DNA of 64,000 nt from Candidatus Nomurabacteria bacterium. Lineage in GTDB: Bacteria > Patescibacteriota > Minisyncoccia > Phycocordibacterales > UBA918. Under the pieces are notes generated by a model, which was not told the DNA's origin, searched no databases, and was given only the letters and a program-made list of their open reading frames with translations. This document shows, piece after piece, positions 12,875 through 22,588 of this stretch. The translations under genes and the position numbers were made by a program. Where the stretch lies: positions 240,594-304,593 of the forward strand of contig CP060228.1 in NCBI GenBank assembly GCA_023898565.1, written 5' to 3'. The first letter of the stretch is position 1. Every line of letters starts with the position of its first letter.

Positions 12875-13087
12875 GATTTTATAGAAATCAATGGATAAAC
12901 TGCAGGCCCGGCGGGTAGATATAAAAAATACCCCTGACGGGCTCGACCTTTCCACACTAAAAAATAGTTGGACCTCGGCCGGCGGCGAATGCCTTTACTC
13001 CCCTTGAGGAACCAGCTGTCATGAGCCTGCGTGGAGACACTATACCAAAAAAATTAAAATTGCCAAGCGCTACGCGCTTGACAAAAG
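12875..13087 (-). promoter_or_regulatory. rplJ 5' leader (candidate L10 autoregulatory leader)
   Basis: A ~210-nt untranslated region lies between the upstream terminator and the rplJ start. In other bacteria this leader binds the L10(L12)4 complex; that role here is inference. Confidence 0.3.
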
Positions 13088-13110
13088 AACGGCCCGCTGC
13101 GCGGGCCGTT
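13088..13110 (-). terminator. intrinsic terminator after pgsA-like gene
   Basis: aacggcccgctgcgcgggccgtt. Confidence 0.5.
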
Positions 13111-13112
13111 AA

Positions 13113-13694
13113 CTATAGAAAATACCGCCTGAACGTAGCCGCCCGATTAAGTCCCCATGAGGCAAGGACCAATCCCAGCGAGACCATCGCCAGCTCATCG
13201 GGCGCCACAAACGACACCAGAGAGGGATACAACGCCACGATCATCAAGCCAAACAGCACGGCCGTTTTGGTTTTTGAAAGCAGTGTCACCGGCTTGGTAG
13301 CTGGTGCACGTACCCCGCGCATCGCCGCTGCGATATCAAACCGCCGCTGGTAGGTGTTGTCGATGTCATACAGCAAGTTGACCACAAACAACACACTGAG
13401 CCAAACCGAACCAGACGTAATGGCAAGACCAAGCAAAAACGGATTGGTGAAGCACTTATCCGCCAGCGGGTCGATTACCGCACCAAGCGGCGTCACCATC
13501 CCCTGCCGTCTCGCCAGCCAGCCATCAAGCCAGTCGGACAGACCAGCATACACGACTGCCAAAAACAGCACGTGTGTGCCGGCAAGCCACCACAAAGGCA
13601 CAGCCACCCCCGCCACTGCTCGACTGAGCGAAATGGCATTGGGTAGATTCCACTGCCGCGACGACCCTTGCCAGTACATCTCTGCCATATGCAT
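13113..13694 (-). CDS. pgsA: CDP-alcohol phosphatidyltransferase (PgsA-like)
   Basis: The motif SDWLDGWLARRQGMVTPLGAVIDPLADK matches D-x2-DG-x2-AR...G-x3-D-x3-D. Multi-TM protein. Confidence 0.8.
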   Translation of the reverse strand: MHMAEMYWQGSSRQWNLPNAISLSRAVAGVAVPLWWLAGTHVLFLAVVYAGLSDWLDGWLARRQGMVTPLGAVIDPLADKCFTNPFLLGLAITSGSVWLSVLFVVNLLYDIDNTYQRRFDIAAAMRGVRAPATKPVTLLSKTKTAVLFGLMIVALYPSLVSFVAPDELAMVSLGLVLASWGLNRAATFRRYFL

Positions 13695-13736
13695 GTCGTT
13701 CCCCTTTCAACACAAAAAGACCAGATCAAGCCGTAC

Positions 13737-13838
13737 TCTATCCTATTTTTATTTTTCTGCCTAGGGAGCCGCCATCCAGTGCCTGCAAAACCATCACTGC
13801 AATACAAAGTATTACTAATACTGGGAGTTTTTTATTCA
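13737..13838 (-). pseudogene. orphan 5' fragment of the small-protein paralogue family
   Basis: MNKKLPVLVILCIAVMVLQALDGGSLGRKIKIG* is a 34-codon fragment. Its first ~25 codons and the upstream region 13796-13925 are near-identical to 15566-15690. Confidence 0.5.
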
Positions 13839-13900
13839 TAATCTCAATGGCACTCCGCGCACTGTCATAATTTGTTGAACTCTATCTTTGTTAATTGTAT

Positions 13901-14452
13901 TTACTCTATGAACTCGAAAGAGTTAAGAAAATCAACAAATGCATCCTTTTGTCTTACCTGGCCAGATAAGTGTATCCAGTACTCATCGCTAATCAAGATA
14001 TAGTAATTTTCAGTTGGACCACCAATACCCTGATCATTTACCGCAAATAATGCAGTTCTATTTTTGAACTCCACCTCACTAATAACCACTCCACGGGCCT
14101 TCATTTTTGCATGCGCGCTTTCGATCCAGCTCTTTGGAGTAATATTTACCAAAATTGCATGTAAATTATAGGGATCAATAGGCTCAATAGCCATATTGAA
14201 CAAACTGACACTACTACCAAACGCTGGTTCCCTCACCTCCCATTCCTGTGGATACTCAAACTGAAATCCCCAGTCTTCATTGCGATAAATATTTGCATCG
14301 GTTGTCTCTATTTCAACAAATTCTTCCGGGGACGTTGTGGCGGTTTGTTTGGTGTCTTTCTCAGCTGCTGAATCAGATGGTTCATGCCACAGCCACCAAG
14401 CAGCCCCAATGAGTACCAAAACCACTACAAAAGTTAAGAGTGACTTATTCAT
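13901..14452 (-). CDS. small membrane-anchored protein, paralogue family member 1 (conserved YRNEDWGFQFEYP ... SFEFIE)
   Basis: N-terminal TM anchor; shared motifs with 14548-15075 and 15664-16212. Confidence 0.6.
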   Translation of the reverse strand: MNKSLLTFVVVLVLIGAAWWLWHEPSDSAAEKDTKQTATTSPEEFVEIETTDANIYRNEDWGFQFEYPQEWEVREPAFGSSVSLFNMAIEPIDPYNLHAILVNITPKSWIESAHAKMKARGVVISEVEFKNRTALFAVNDQGIGGPTENYYILISDEYWIHLSGQVRQKDAFVDFLNSFEFIE

Positions 14453-14547
14453 GTTTCAGGTTTGTAATTAATTGGTTGATAATGTGCGTTATTTATTCTA
14501 TATCATTCGCTGCCACCACATCATTTTTGCCCACTTGTCACACAGGT

Positions 14548-15075
14548 TTACTCGATGAATTTAAAGGTGTTGAGAACAAGCTGGAGCTCTGACGCGTACT
14601 CATCTTGCACACTCAAATTTATCCAATATTCATCATTAATCAGTACAAAGTATTCTTGCGTCGGTATTGAAGACATAGTAACAGAGGAATAACTCCACCA
14701 TTCCCGACCACCTATTACTATCTTTGACTCAAATTTCTTTCTCAATCGCTCCCCCCATTCTTTTGAGCTTATGAAAATACGTAATGGGGAAAAGGCTAAT
14801 TTTTCATCATCAATTAAACCAATGTTTAGTAGGGCGGCCTTATTAGAAGAAACGGGATCTTGTAAATTCCATCTTTTGGGATACTCAAACTGAAATCCCC
14901 ACTCTTCGTTTCTATAGATGTGGTTCTCGTTTTCAGCAATCTCTTCAGGCTGCTTCGTTTCCACAATGTCTTCTGTGGCCTGCTCGCCCGTCTTAATAAA
15001 AAGCCCGTGCCAAGCTGCCAATCCGACCGCGACCGCAATACAAAGTATTGTTAATACTGGGAGTTTTTTATTCAT
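14548..15075 (-). CDS. small membrane-anchored protein, paralogue family member 2
   Basis: MNKKLPVLTILCIAVAVGLAAWH...NHIYRNEEWGFQFEYP...NTFKFIE; start taken at M16 of the track ORF. Confidence 0.6.
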   Translation of the reverse strand: MNKKLPVLTILCIAVAVGLAAWHGLFIKTGEQATEDIVETKQPEEIAENENHIYRNEEWGFQFEYPKRWNLQDPVSSNKAALLNIGLIDDEKLAFSPLRIFISSKEWGERLRKKFESKIVIGGREWWSYSSVTMSSIPTQEYFVLINDEYWINLSVQDEYASELQLVLNTFKFIE

Positions 15076-15602
15076 CAACAAATTCAAAGGACTCAACAAC
15101 ACCAGCAAACAACTCTTCATAATGGCCGTTTGTGCCCAAAATCATTTTATAATCTTTAATGGGAAGAATTATCGCTATCTCTGTATCACTTTTCCAGTCA
15201 TAAATATACTTAACCCCAGAAACTCCGTCGACTACAATCAATTCTTCGGTCTTGTCTATGTTATTAAATGATTTTTCCGCAAAACTGTGTGTAACAATGT
15301 TTACCAGCACTGGGTCACCGTGATGTAATTCTTGATCAGGATAGAGAGTCACATTAAACTCTGAACTGCCACTTTGAAACGGGATCTTGTAAATTCCATC
15401 TTTTGGGATACTCAAACTGAAATCCCCACTCTTCATTTCTATAGATGTGGTTCTCGCTTTCAGCGATCTCTTCAGGCTGCTCCGTTTCCGCAATGTCTTC
15501 TGTGGCCTGCTCGCCTGTCTCAATAAAAAGCCAGTGCCAAGCTACTAGTCCAGCCACAACTACAATACAAAGTATTGCTAATACTGTGAGTTTTTTATTC
15601 AT
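15068..15602 (-). pseudogene. frameshifted/chimeric member of the paralogue family
   Basis: The N-terminal 82-codon ORF (15354-15602) shares ~220 bp of near-identical DNA with paralogue 2 (14850-15068 vs 15378-15603). It ends in a stop and continues in another frame (15068-15523) encoding a divergent C-terminal domain that ends ...SFEFVDE. Confidence 0.5.
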
Positions 15603-15663
15603 AATTTCAATGGCACTATGCGCACTGTCATAATTTGTTGAACTCTATCTTTGTTAATCACAT

Positions 15664-16212
15664 CTATTCTATGAACTCGAAAGATTCAATGATCTGATTG
15701 TACTCCTCTTCATATTTACTAATTCCAGTAATATCAATCCAATACTCATCACTGACCAAGACTAACGTGAGAATCGCTGGACGACTCCACCCATCTTTAT
15801 CATATGTCTTGTAGGCTGATTTCCCGTCTAGAAAAATCTCTTCAAAAACAACTCCCCTAGCCTTCATTTTGGTCATGGCACCTTCTATCCAGTTTTTGGG
15901 AGTAATGTTTATCGTGATGCCATTGGCAGGCGCTGGACCAATTGCCATATTGAATAAACTCACACCACTCACGAATGCCGGTTCCCGCACCTCCCATTCC
16001 TGTGGATACTCAAACTGAAATCCCCAGTCTTCATTGCGATAAATATTTACATCGGTTGTCTCTATTTCAACAAATTCTTCTGGGGACGTGGTGGCAGTTT
16101 GATTAGTGCCAATCTCAACCTCAACTGCTGAATCAGACATTTCGTGCCACACCCACCAAGCAGCACCAATGATTACCAAAATCAATACAAAAGTTAAAAG
16201 TGACTTACTCAT
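15664..16212 (-). CDS. small membrane-anchored protein, paralogue family member 4
   Basis: MSKSLLTFVLILVIIGAAWWVWHE...YRNEDWGFQFEYPQEWEVREPAF...ESFEFIE. The start overlaps the stop of the upstream giant gene by 8 nt. Confidence 0.6.
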   Translation of the reverse strand: MSKSLLTFVLILVIIGAAWWVWHEMSDSAVEVEIGTNQTATTSPEEFVEIETTDVNIYRNEDWGFQFEYPQEWEVREPAFVSGVSLFNMAIGPAPANGITINITPKNWIEGAMTKMKARGVVFEEIFLDGKSAYKTYDKDGWSRPAILTLVLVSDEYWIDITGISKYEEEYNQIIESFEFIE

Positions 16213-18979
16213 ATTTCAGTTTTGCAATTAACTGACTGATAATGTCGTTTATTTCGTCAGCGTCACTGTTATTCATTCCCCGACCAGCCCGTCGCTCTAC
16301 CAAACGGTTAAGATTTTTTAAAATAGCCGATGCTGCGCGCTTACGATTTTTATTATAATGTTTCTCGGCCAACTTCAAATTAGCTTCTAGTCGTAACCGA
16401 AGAAATCGATTTTGAATCTCAGCTTCATCAATTCGTTCATTTAATAGACTAAATAGCGGCTTTGTATTTAGTGGAACCTCGACCTCCTCAATCACTTCTC
16501 CGCCGCCACTCACCTCTACCGCAAAACCTTGTGGGGGAATTTCAGACACTAACTCATCCTTAGCAAGCTCAATAACTGTTTGACCCGTGTTCAGCACAAG
16601 TGAATACTGACTCCCAGAAGTAGCTGTTTCATCAGGCGCCACCTCAAATATGTAGACGCCATCTTTCAGTTCTGTGAAGTACACCCGGTCAATTGACTGA
16701 CCATCGTGACCGCGCTCAATTTCTGAGTAATACATTACCCCCGGAACTTCTCGGATATACTCCAAATCAGATGGGATGATATCCTCGTATGACAACGTCA
16801 AGCCATCAGGGTCGGTGACAATCAGGTCAACCGGAGAAAAGGTGCTGGCAGAAGAAAATCCGTGCTGGTGAATACGTCTGCGTTCAACAAAATCAGAATC
16901 TTTTTCATAATTTACACTTTCCCCTTGAATCACTCCAAGATCTTCAGACGATGCGTTCACCACATCGTACCCTTCGCTTTCACCAACGTACATTGCCACA
17001 TGACTGATTCGAGAATCATCCCCGAAGAATAATGCGTCCCCCGGCTCCAACTCCCCCACCACCTCACTTGACTGCACATCACCGAACATGCCATCAGCAG
17101 TTACATTGGCCACATAATTGTCATGCGCTTCAGTTGGATCATTTGCCTTGTTAAAAGCCCAATAAATCAACCCCGAGCAGTCGATTCCAGGCGCAACTCT
17201 TTCGTAATTGTAATAATGATTCTTTTGATAGTAGCCTGAAACTATCTCATGTGGATCAACGAAATAACCCTCGATGTAGTTCCAACCACGGGAACCTAAC
17301 TCATACACATCTCCTGGATCTGCTTGTGACTGAACCGCTGCCGCTAGTAATTGTTTTGCCAACTCCGCAGCCCTCTCACCCAGCGTGAGTTCAGGAGTCG
17401 GCTCGGGTTCAGGCTCTGGTTCTGGTGCAGACTGCACCGCTACTGTCACCTGGCAATTATTCGAGCCGCCAACACTAGTGAACATAGCAGTGTAGGTTGT
17501 CGTTTCCGTCGGCGATACGACCAATTCACCAGTAGGATCAACCGCGCCTATGCCAGTATCAATCTCGACCGATGCCGCATGCTCGCTGGTCCAAGAAAGA
17601 GTTGTCGTGCCACCAGCAGCAATTGTCGCTGGTGCTGCATACATAACACACGTTGGTGCTGGTGGATTCACCTCAATAAAATCATCCGCCGTAGCGCAAC
17701 CCGGATCAGCGGGAAAATCAATAAGACCATCAGCATCATTATCGATCCCATCGCTACACTGTGCCAGCGGCAACTCGACCAATTGTGCTGCTGTGCGTGG
17801 GAATTCGTCAAACAAACCAAAGCCATTCAATTCATAGGCTTGATCGCAGAAATCATCAGCATCTTCATTGACACAGCCTTCCCCCACCTCATCAAAGGTA
17901 TCCCAATAATTACCACCCAGCGAAGCGTGCGAGAAAGCCACTTCAGTAGCCCACTCCGGCACATCAACATGCGTGTCGTTGTTGATAAAATTATTACCAT
18001 ACAGCCAGCTGATTGATTCAGCTTGCGCGTACGCAACCTTCGATACTGCTGACCGTACTATGACTGCAAAATTATGAACAAGATTTTTTAGCTGCTCACT
18101 AAGCGCAATCTTGCGCACTTGATGTGCAGCACCAAACGTAGGGATCGGCTCATCACCTGGACCACCAGCGTCGCTCGAAGCAACTACCACCACACCCGTA
18201 TTCCCGTCACGAAAGGCGTTGTTTGTAACGATGTTGCCTGCTGCATTATCTGTCTGTAGCGTAAGAGCAATATTTGAGCGCGCAATATCATTGGCAGTAA
18301 TTGTATTGCTGCTTGATAGATCAATTGATACCCCCGTAGTCGATTCGGCGATGCGATTCTCTTTCACCACACTACCGCTAACCGCATTCAAATCAATACC
18401 AACAGCAGCATGCTCAATGAAATTATTACGTATCTCAAGATTTGCAGCATTTTGCGCACTCACCGCAGTCCAAAGTGGAGCATCACTACTCCCGCGCACC
18501 ACATTCCCTTCCACCAAGCCACCAATCTGATCGAAGAAGTGGATGCCACTAAACGAAGACTCAATGACATTGGACTTGGCCCGGCCACTATCTGCTTGAT
18601 CAAAGATAATTCCACCACCAATCAAATTAAGGTTTTGAACAGCCACACCCTCGACGCTGTTCACTCGCACCGCCCATTTCTCGCCTGACATATCATCGAT
18701 ATCTATAGTATGTCCGGCCCCCTCAAGGGTAGCTGCCGAAGTAGTGATGATAATTGGTTCAGAAATGTCTGTAGTCAGCGTGCACGTACGATTCGTCGCC
18801 TCCCAGTTGCCAATGGACCGACAACCACCGCCAGTTGCATTGATTTCATAAAATGCCTGGGAGGCTGCAAATGACAGCGCCCAGGCACAAACAGAAACCA
18901 TGATTGCGACAAAATATGACACTCTGCTATGACCGATCATAGTCATTTTGCTGTTTGAGTAATTCGGCTTTGTGGCCAA
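16205..18979 (-). CDS. giant secreted protein: right-handed beta-helix (PbH1) repeats + NlpC/P60 peptidase domain + C-terminal coiled coil
   Basis: Signal peptide present. PbH1-like repeats are IRNNFIEHAAVGIDLN / VKENRIAESTTGVSIDLS / ITANDIARSNIALTLQ. The NlpC/P60 catalytic signature is IDCSGLIYWAF ... GDALFFGDDSRISHVAMYVGE (Cys and His). A PEPEPEPEP linker is present. The start may be M12/M14. Confidence 0.7.
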   Translation of the reverse strand: MATKPNYSNSKMTMIGHSRVSYFVAIMVSVCAWALSFAASQAFYEINATGGGCRSIGNWEATNRTCTLTTDISEPIIITTSAATLEGAGHTIDIDDMSGEKWAVRVNSVEGVAVQNLNLIGGGIIFDQADSGRAKSNVIESSFSGIHFFDQIGGLVEGNVVRGSSDAPLWTAVSAQNAANLEIRNNFIEHAAVGIDLNAVSGSVVKENRIAESTTGVSIDLSSSNTITANDIARSNIALTLQTDNAAGNIVTNNAFRDGNTGVVVVASSDAGGPGDEPIPTFGAAHQVRKIALSEQLKNLVHNFAVIVRSAVSKVAYAQAESISWLYGNNFINNDTHVDVPEWATEVAFSHASLGGNYWDTFDEVGEGCVNEDADDFCDQAYELNGFGLFDEFPRTAAQLVELPLAQCSDGIDNDADGLIDFPADPGCATADDFIEVNPPAPTCVMYAAPATIAAGGTTTLSWTSEHAASVEIDTGIGAVDPTGELVVSPTETTTYTAMFTSVGGSNNCQVTVAVQSAPEPEPEPEPTPELTLGERAAELAKQLLAAAVQSQADPGDVYELGSRGWNYIEGYFVDPHEIVSGYYQKNHYYNYERVAPGIDCSGLIYWAFNKANDPTEAHDNYVANVTADGMFGDVQSSEVVGELEPGDALFFGDDSRISHVAMYVGESEGYDVVNASSEDLGVIQGESVNYEKDSDFVERRRIHQHGFSSASTFSPVDLIVTDPDGLTLSYEDIIPSDLEYIREVPGVMYYSEIERGHDGQSIDRVYFTELKDGVYIFEVAPDETATSGSQYSLVLNTGQTVIELAKDELVSEIPPQGFAVEVSGGGEVIEEVEVPLNTKPLFSLLNERIDEAEIQNRFLRLRLEANLKLAEKHYNKNRKRAASAILKNLNRLVERRAGRGMNNSDADEINDIISQLIAKLKYE

Positions 18980-19415
18980 CCAGATTAGAAAGGAGCTGCA
19001 AAAATGTAGCTACAGCAGAGAGAGCTAGAAGTAATACCGGGAAGACTGCGTACGGTGTAATGAGGTAAAAGAAAATCACTACTGCTGCAAGCCACATGCC
19101 CATGCACCACGGACAGTCAAACAGATCAGCTAACGTGCGGCGCGGGCCAGTCTTCGGCTTTTGAAGCTCGTATCCTCGCCCCACCTTCACCACATCCCAA
19201 AACTGTTCACGGATAAACTTAGTGATGCCATCGTACACAAACAGCCGAGTCAGACGCCACGTTGCAAGCGTGATAAGGACAAAGTCAACCAGCGTGAGAT
19301 CGACCAGTGGAATCCGAGCTTCGGTCTCTAGAATAATCGCTCCCATGATTATCAAAACTGCAAAAAAAACGGAGAAAACAAAGTTCCAAAAATATTGATC
19401 AGTAATACGAAACAT
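18927..19415 (-). CDS. DUF1360-like membrane protein
   Basis: Multi-TM with a CPWCMGMW motif; start taken at M25 of the track ORF. Confidence 0.55.
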   Translation of the reverse strand: MFRITDQYFWNFVFSVFFAVLIIMGAIILETEARIPLVDLTLVDFVLITLATWRLTRLFVYDGITKFIREQFWDVVKVGRGYELQKPKTGPRRTLADLFDCPWCMGMWLAAVVIFFYLITPYAVFPVLLLALSAVATFLQLLSNLVGHKAELLKQQNDYDRS

Positions 19416-19600
19416 AAGACTATTGTACACCTTCGCCACCTGTACCGATAAGCAAAATAAACAAGAGCACACCAGCGACGACCGCAATGAAACTAAAGAG
19501 AAAGCGGTAGAAGGTTTTGTTGGCGAGTTTCTCTGATATGTTTTGGCGGAAGGCGTTTTTACGTGGTGGCATAGTGAGTACAGTATACCAAATCAAACGC

Positions 19601-19637
19601 AAAACCGCCGGAAACCCTTCGGGTTTCCGGCGGTTTT
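19601..19637 (-). terminator. intrinsic terminator
   Basis: aaaaccgccggaaacccttcgggtttccggcggtttt. Confidence 0.6.
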
Positions 19638-19688
19638 GCTTCCTTTCTCCCCACTCCGTCACCGCCAACCAAAATCACTCAGATACAC

Positions 19689-19713
19689 AAAAAGCCCCCG
19701 AAGGGGCTTTTTG
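19689..19713 (-). terminator. intrinsic terminator after PG-binding protein gene
   Basis: aaaaagcccccgaaggggctttttg. Confidence 0.6.
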
Positions 19714-19766
19714 TTAACTCTAGCTTAGACGTTCGTCACAAACCATTGTTGCATCGAAACTAGAAA

Positions 19767-21770
19767 CTAGTTAACGATTGTAACAACAGATGTTCGGTAG
19801 TCAGTCACTGGAAGTGTTGACTGTGTCTGATCTGGAGTTGTGTCCTGATCCTCATCGAATGAGAGTGAGTTAAGAACAAGACGAGCTGCTGTGTTAGCTA
19901 CACCAGGAACGTATGTAACGGTGATAGTAACAGTTTCAGTCTCACCTTCAGTGATTTCGAAGAATCCACCCACTTCATCAGCTGATGAAGTAAGAACAAC
20001 CGTTGATGTACCAGCTGATACTGTAGCACCTGAACCGTTCACGAGTGACCATGAAGTTGAGGTTGCAGGATCAGTTGAAAGGTATACATCCTGTTCGAAC
20101 GCAGTTACTTCTACTTCGATTTCGAAAGTAGCGTAGTCATCAGTAGCACCGTCGTTAACTGTTACGTCAGCGTCAGTAGAAACTGGAGACACGTCGATAC
20201 CTGCAGTTCGAAGAGTGTGCGCATCACCAGTAGCAGCACCAGAAAGCTGGCTGTCACCAAGATCATCAGCACCCTCAGCGCTTACGATTGTTGTATCAAG
20301 AGCGTCAATAGAAGCCTTGATAGTTGCACCTTCGCTTGTTGAAGCGATTGACTTGAAGCGAACCATAAGTTCTGCTTCTACACGATCACCAGCGTCGATA
20401 ACCACATCACCGTCTACATCAAATGTAAGAACAGCTGGGATAACGAGGCTTGAACCGTTAGCTACAGACACATCGTCGATTGTTACACCGTCGATAACAA
20501 GTTCTACATCATCCACAAGTGTGCTGTAAGCAGCAAGTGTAGTTGAAGCGTTGATCTTGATTGAGTTAAGTTCAATGTCGTTTACTGAATCATCAGTGTC
20601 AAGGTCAAACACGAATACAGTGTACCAGTCTGACTTCTTATCATCATTTACCTGAAGGGTTGAAGCATCAGGATCGTTTGATGAGGTCTTAGCCTTAAGT
20701 TCATCTTCTGAACCAGCTTCATCAACAGTGAAAGTCTGCTCACCATCAGTTCCAATGTCATCCATTGAATCTTCAGTTGTAGCAACACCATCAGCATCGA
20801 AGAAACGAACAGCTACTACACCAACAGTCCAAGTGGTCAATTCTTCTGTATCAAGACCAGTCTGTACTGTTGCAGCGATAGTAATTTCAAGCTCTTCATC
20901 TTCCATACCTACGATATGAAGACCTGAGAAACGAAGTGTACCTTCATCTTCATCAAGGTAATCATCTTCATCGTCAGCATTTTCTTCAGCAACCTTGTCG
21001 CCATCTACCCAGAGAGAGATAGTTTCAAAAGCGTCCCATGGACGTACTGATGAAGTATCAGTCTCAGCCTGTCCGAGAAGCTGTACATCGATGCGTGAGA
21101 TTTCAGCATCACCATCAGCGAACTCTACAGTTGCTTCTGCGATTTCTGCATCTTCAGCACCTTCTTCGAGCTCATCATCTGAAGCTGAGTCCATTTCGAA
21201 CTTGTCGAGTGAAGCTTCACCTGAAAGTTCCATGTCTTCATCTTCGTCCATGTCTTCATCTTCGTCCATGTCTTCATCAGTGTCTACTACTGGAGCAGCT
21301 ACACAGAGGCTGTTAGCCTTAGCACGTGTACCTGGACCAAAGTAACCTGTTGGGTTAACAAGGTTTGCTGGTGAAAGAACCTCTGAACGGTACTTTACCT
21401 GAAGCTTTGAAACTGCTGCTGCGGTAGCTGGACCGTAGTATTCAGTTTCCATACCAGCTGAACCAGCACCTTCTACTGCCACGCGAGTGTCAGCATCAGC
21501 GTTGAGGAACATCTGGAGCATCTTTACATCTGCACCGGTAGCACCTGTTGAAAGGTCACGGGTCCATGTGTAAGGACATACACCTGCTGCTGTAGTAGCT
21601 GCACCAGTCTGTGACTGAAGTGCTGCAACCTGCGCGAGCAAGTCATTGATCATCTTCTGTAGATCTTCAGTAGTCTGCGCCTTTGCTGTTGAAGCAAATG
21701 CAGTGAAGATCATAGCTACTGCTACAAAAGCTACTGAAAGCTTTGAAGCAATGTCTTTCGTGTTAGTCAT
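19767..21770 (-). CDS. secreted cell-surface protein with N-terminal peptidoglycan-binding-like domain, acidic DEDMDEDED repeats and Ig-like beta-sandwich domains
   Basis: Signal peptide; TGATGADVKMLQMFL...YYGPATAAAVSKLQ matches the PG_binding_1 pattern (G..G.DV..LQ..L ... G..T..AV..FQ). Confidence 0.6.
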   Translation of the reverse strand: MTNTKDIASKLSVAFVAVAMIFTAFASTAKAQTTEDLQKMINDLLAQVAALQSQTGAATTAAGVCPYTWTRDLSTGATGADVKMLQMFLNADADTRVAVEGAGSAGMETEYYGPATAAAVSKLQVKYRSEVLSPANLVNPTGYFGPGTRAKANSLCVAAPVVDTDEDMDEDEDMDEDEDMELSGEASLDKFEMDSASDDELEEGAEDAEIAEATVEFADGDAEISRIDVQLLGQAETDTSSVRPWDAFETISLWVDGDKVAEENADDEDDYLDEDEGTLRFSGLHIVGMEDEELEITIAATVQTGLDTEELTTWTVGVVAVRFFDADGVATTEDSMDDIGTDGEQTFTVDEAGSEDELKAKTSSNDPDASTLQVNDDKKSDWYTVFVFDLDTDDSVNDIELNSIKINASTTLAAYSTLVDDVELVIDGVTIDDVSVANGSSLVIPAVLTFDVDGDVVIDAGDRVEAELMVRFKSIASTSEGATIKASIDALDTTIVSAEGADDLGDSQLSGAATGDAHTLRTAGIDVSPVSTDADVTVNDGATDDYATFEIEVEVTAFEQDVYLSTDPATSTSWSLVNGSGATVSAGTSTVVLTSSADEVGGFFEITEGETETVTITVTYVPGVANTAARLVLNSLSFDEDQDTTPDQTQSTLPVTDYRTSVVTIVN

Positions 21771-22424
21771 AACTATAATTATCTGTAATAGTTTGCGTAA
21801 TTACTACGCGTGCCTCCCGAAGGAGACTTAAACTTGATAAGTCTAATAATATGAATTAATTCATATTAGTAAGTGGTTTATCAGATCACTTACGTAATAT
21901 CACCAAACCTCTCACCCGAGAGTGTGAGGCTAGGCTGCGAATTCGGACTGCGTGTCTGTGCGGCGGACAGGGCGGGAAAAAGTCGTGCGGTAGGTTTCAC
22001 TTCTATAGAGTAAACACTCCATAGAAAATGGTTTTTGTTTTTGCTATGTAGTTGTCAAAAAACAAACGCTCATCCATCTAGTGACTTTTGTCTCTAAGGG
22101 TATGGTTGGGGTACTGCCCCTTGCATAACAATCCTAGAAAAAAAGCGCACCAGCGCGTACCAAGATAGTAGCATTATTTTTGTCTACTCGGGAGTTCACA
22201 GGTTGTGGATACATGGTCGGCTGCAACTGCAGCCTGCCTTGTTCCCATAGCCCTTCAGATGACTCTTGCTTCGACAGATAAACACCCATCTTGTGGTTCT
22301 GTGTATTAAGACGAGGCACCTCGCAGTGTCTTACCAAGCCACAAATTACAAAACACAAAATTTGTTTTGCAAGTCATACGCTCGCACTATGTGATACCTG
22401 GAGGCAGTGCTTTGGATTGCGTGC

Positions 22425-22462
22425 GGGACACCGTAGGTGTCCCGCACGCAATCTTCCTTCTC
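22425..22462. other. perfect 14-bp-stem hairpin in a long intergenic region
   Basis: gcgtgcgggacacc gtag ggtgtcccgcacgc. Confidence 0.4.
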
Positions 22463-22588
22463 CTATACACAGTCTAGTGTCTTTTATTACAGAGCCAGTA
22501 CTTGTCTTATTAAAACAAGATAAAGAACAATGATGACTATTCTTACCTTATCAGCATAGATAGTCAAGGACTTATTCAGTCTAAGACA

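Noticed and set aside
19420-19668. 82-aa minus-strand ORF spanning a terminator hairpin.
   Set aside because: The 5' half of the ORF contains the 19601-19637 terminator. At most a 50-aa C-terminal single-TM peptide (start at 19570-19572) could be real, and it is not annotated for lack of support.
22100-22470. RNase P RNA or tmRNA in the 21.8-22.6 kb gap.
   Set aside because: Partial resemblance only (GGGCGGGAAAAAGTCGTGCGG vs the P4 region). No GGTTCGA T-arm, no tag reading frame, and the distances do not fit. Left as an unassigned candidate region.
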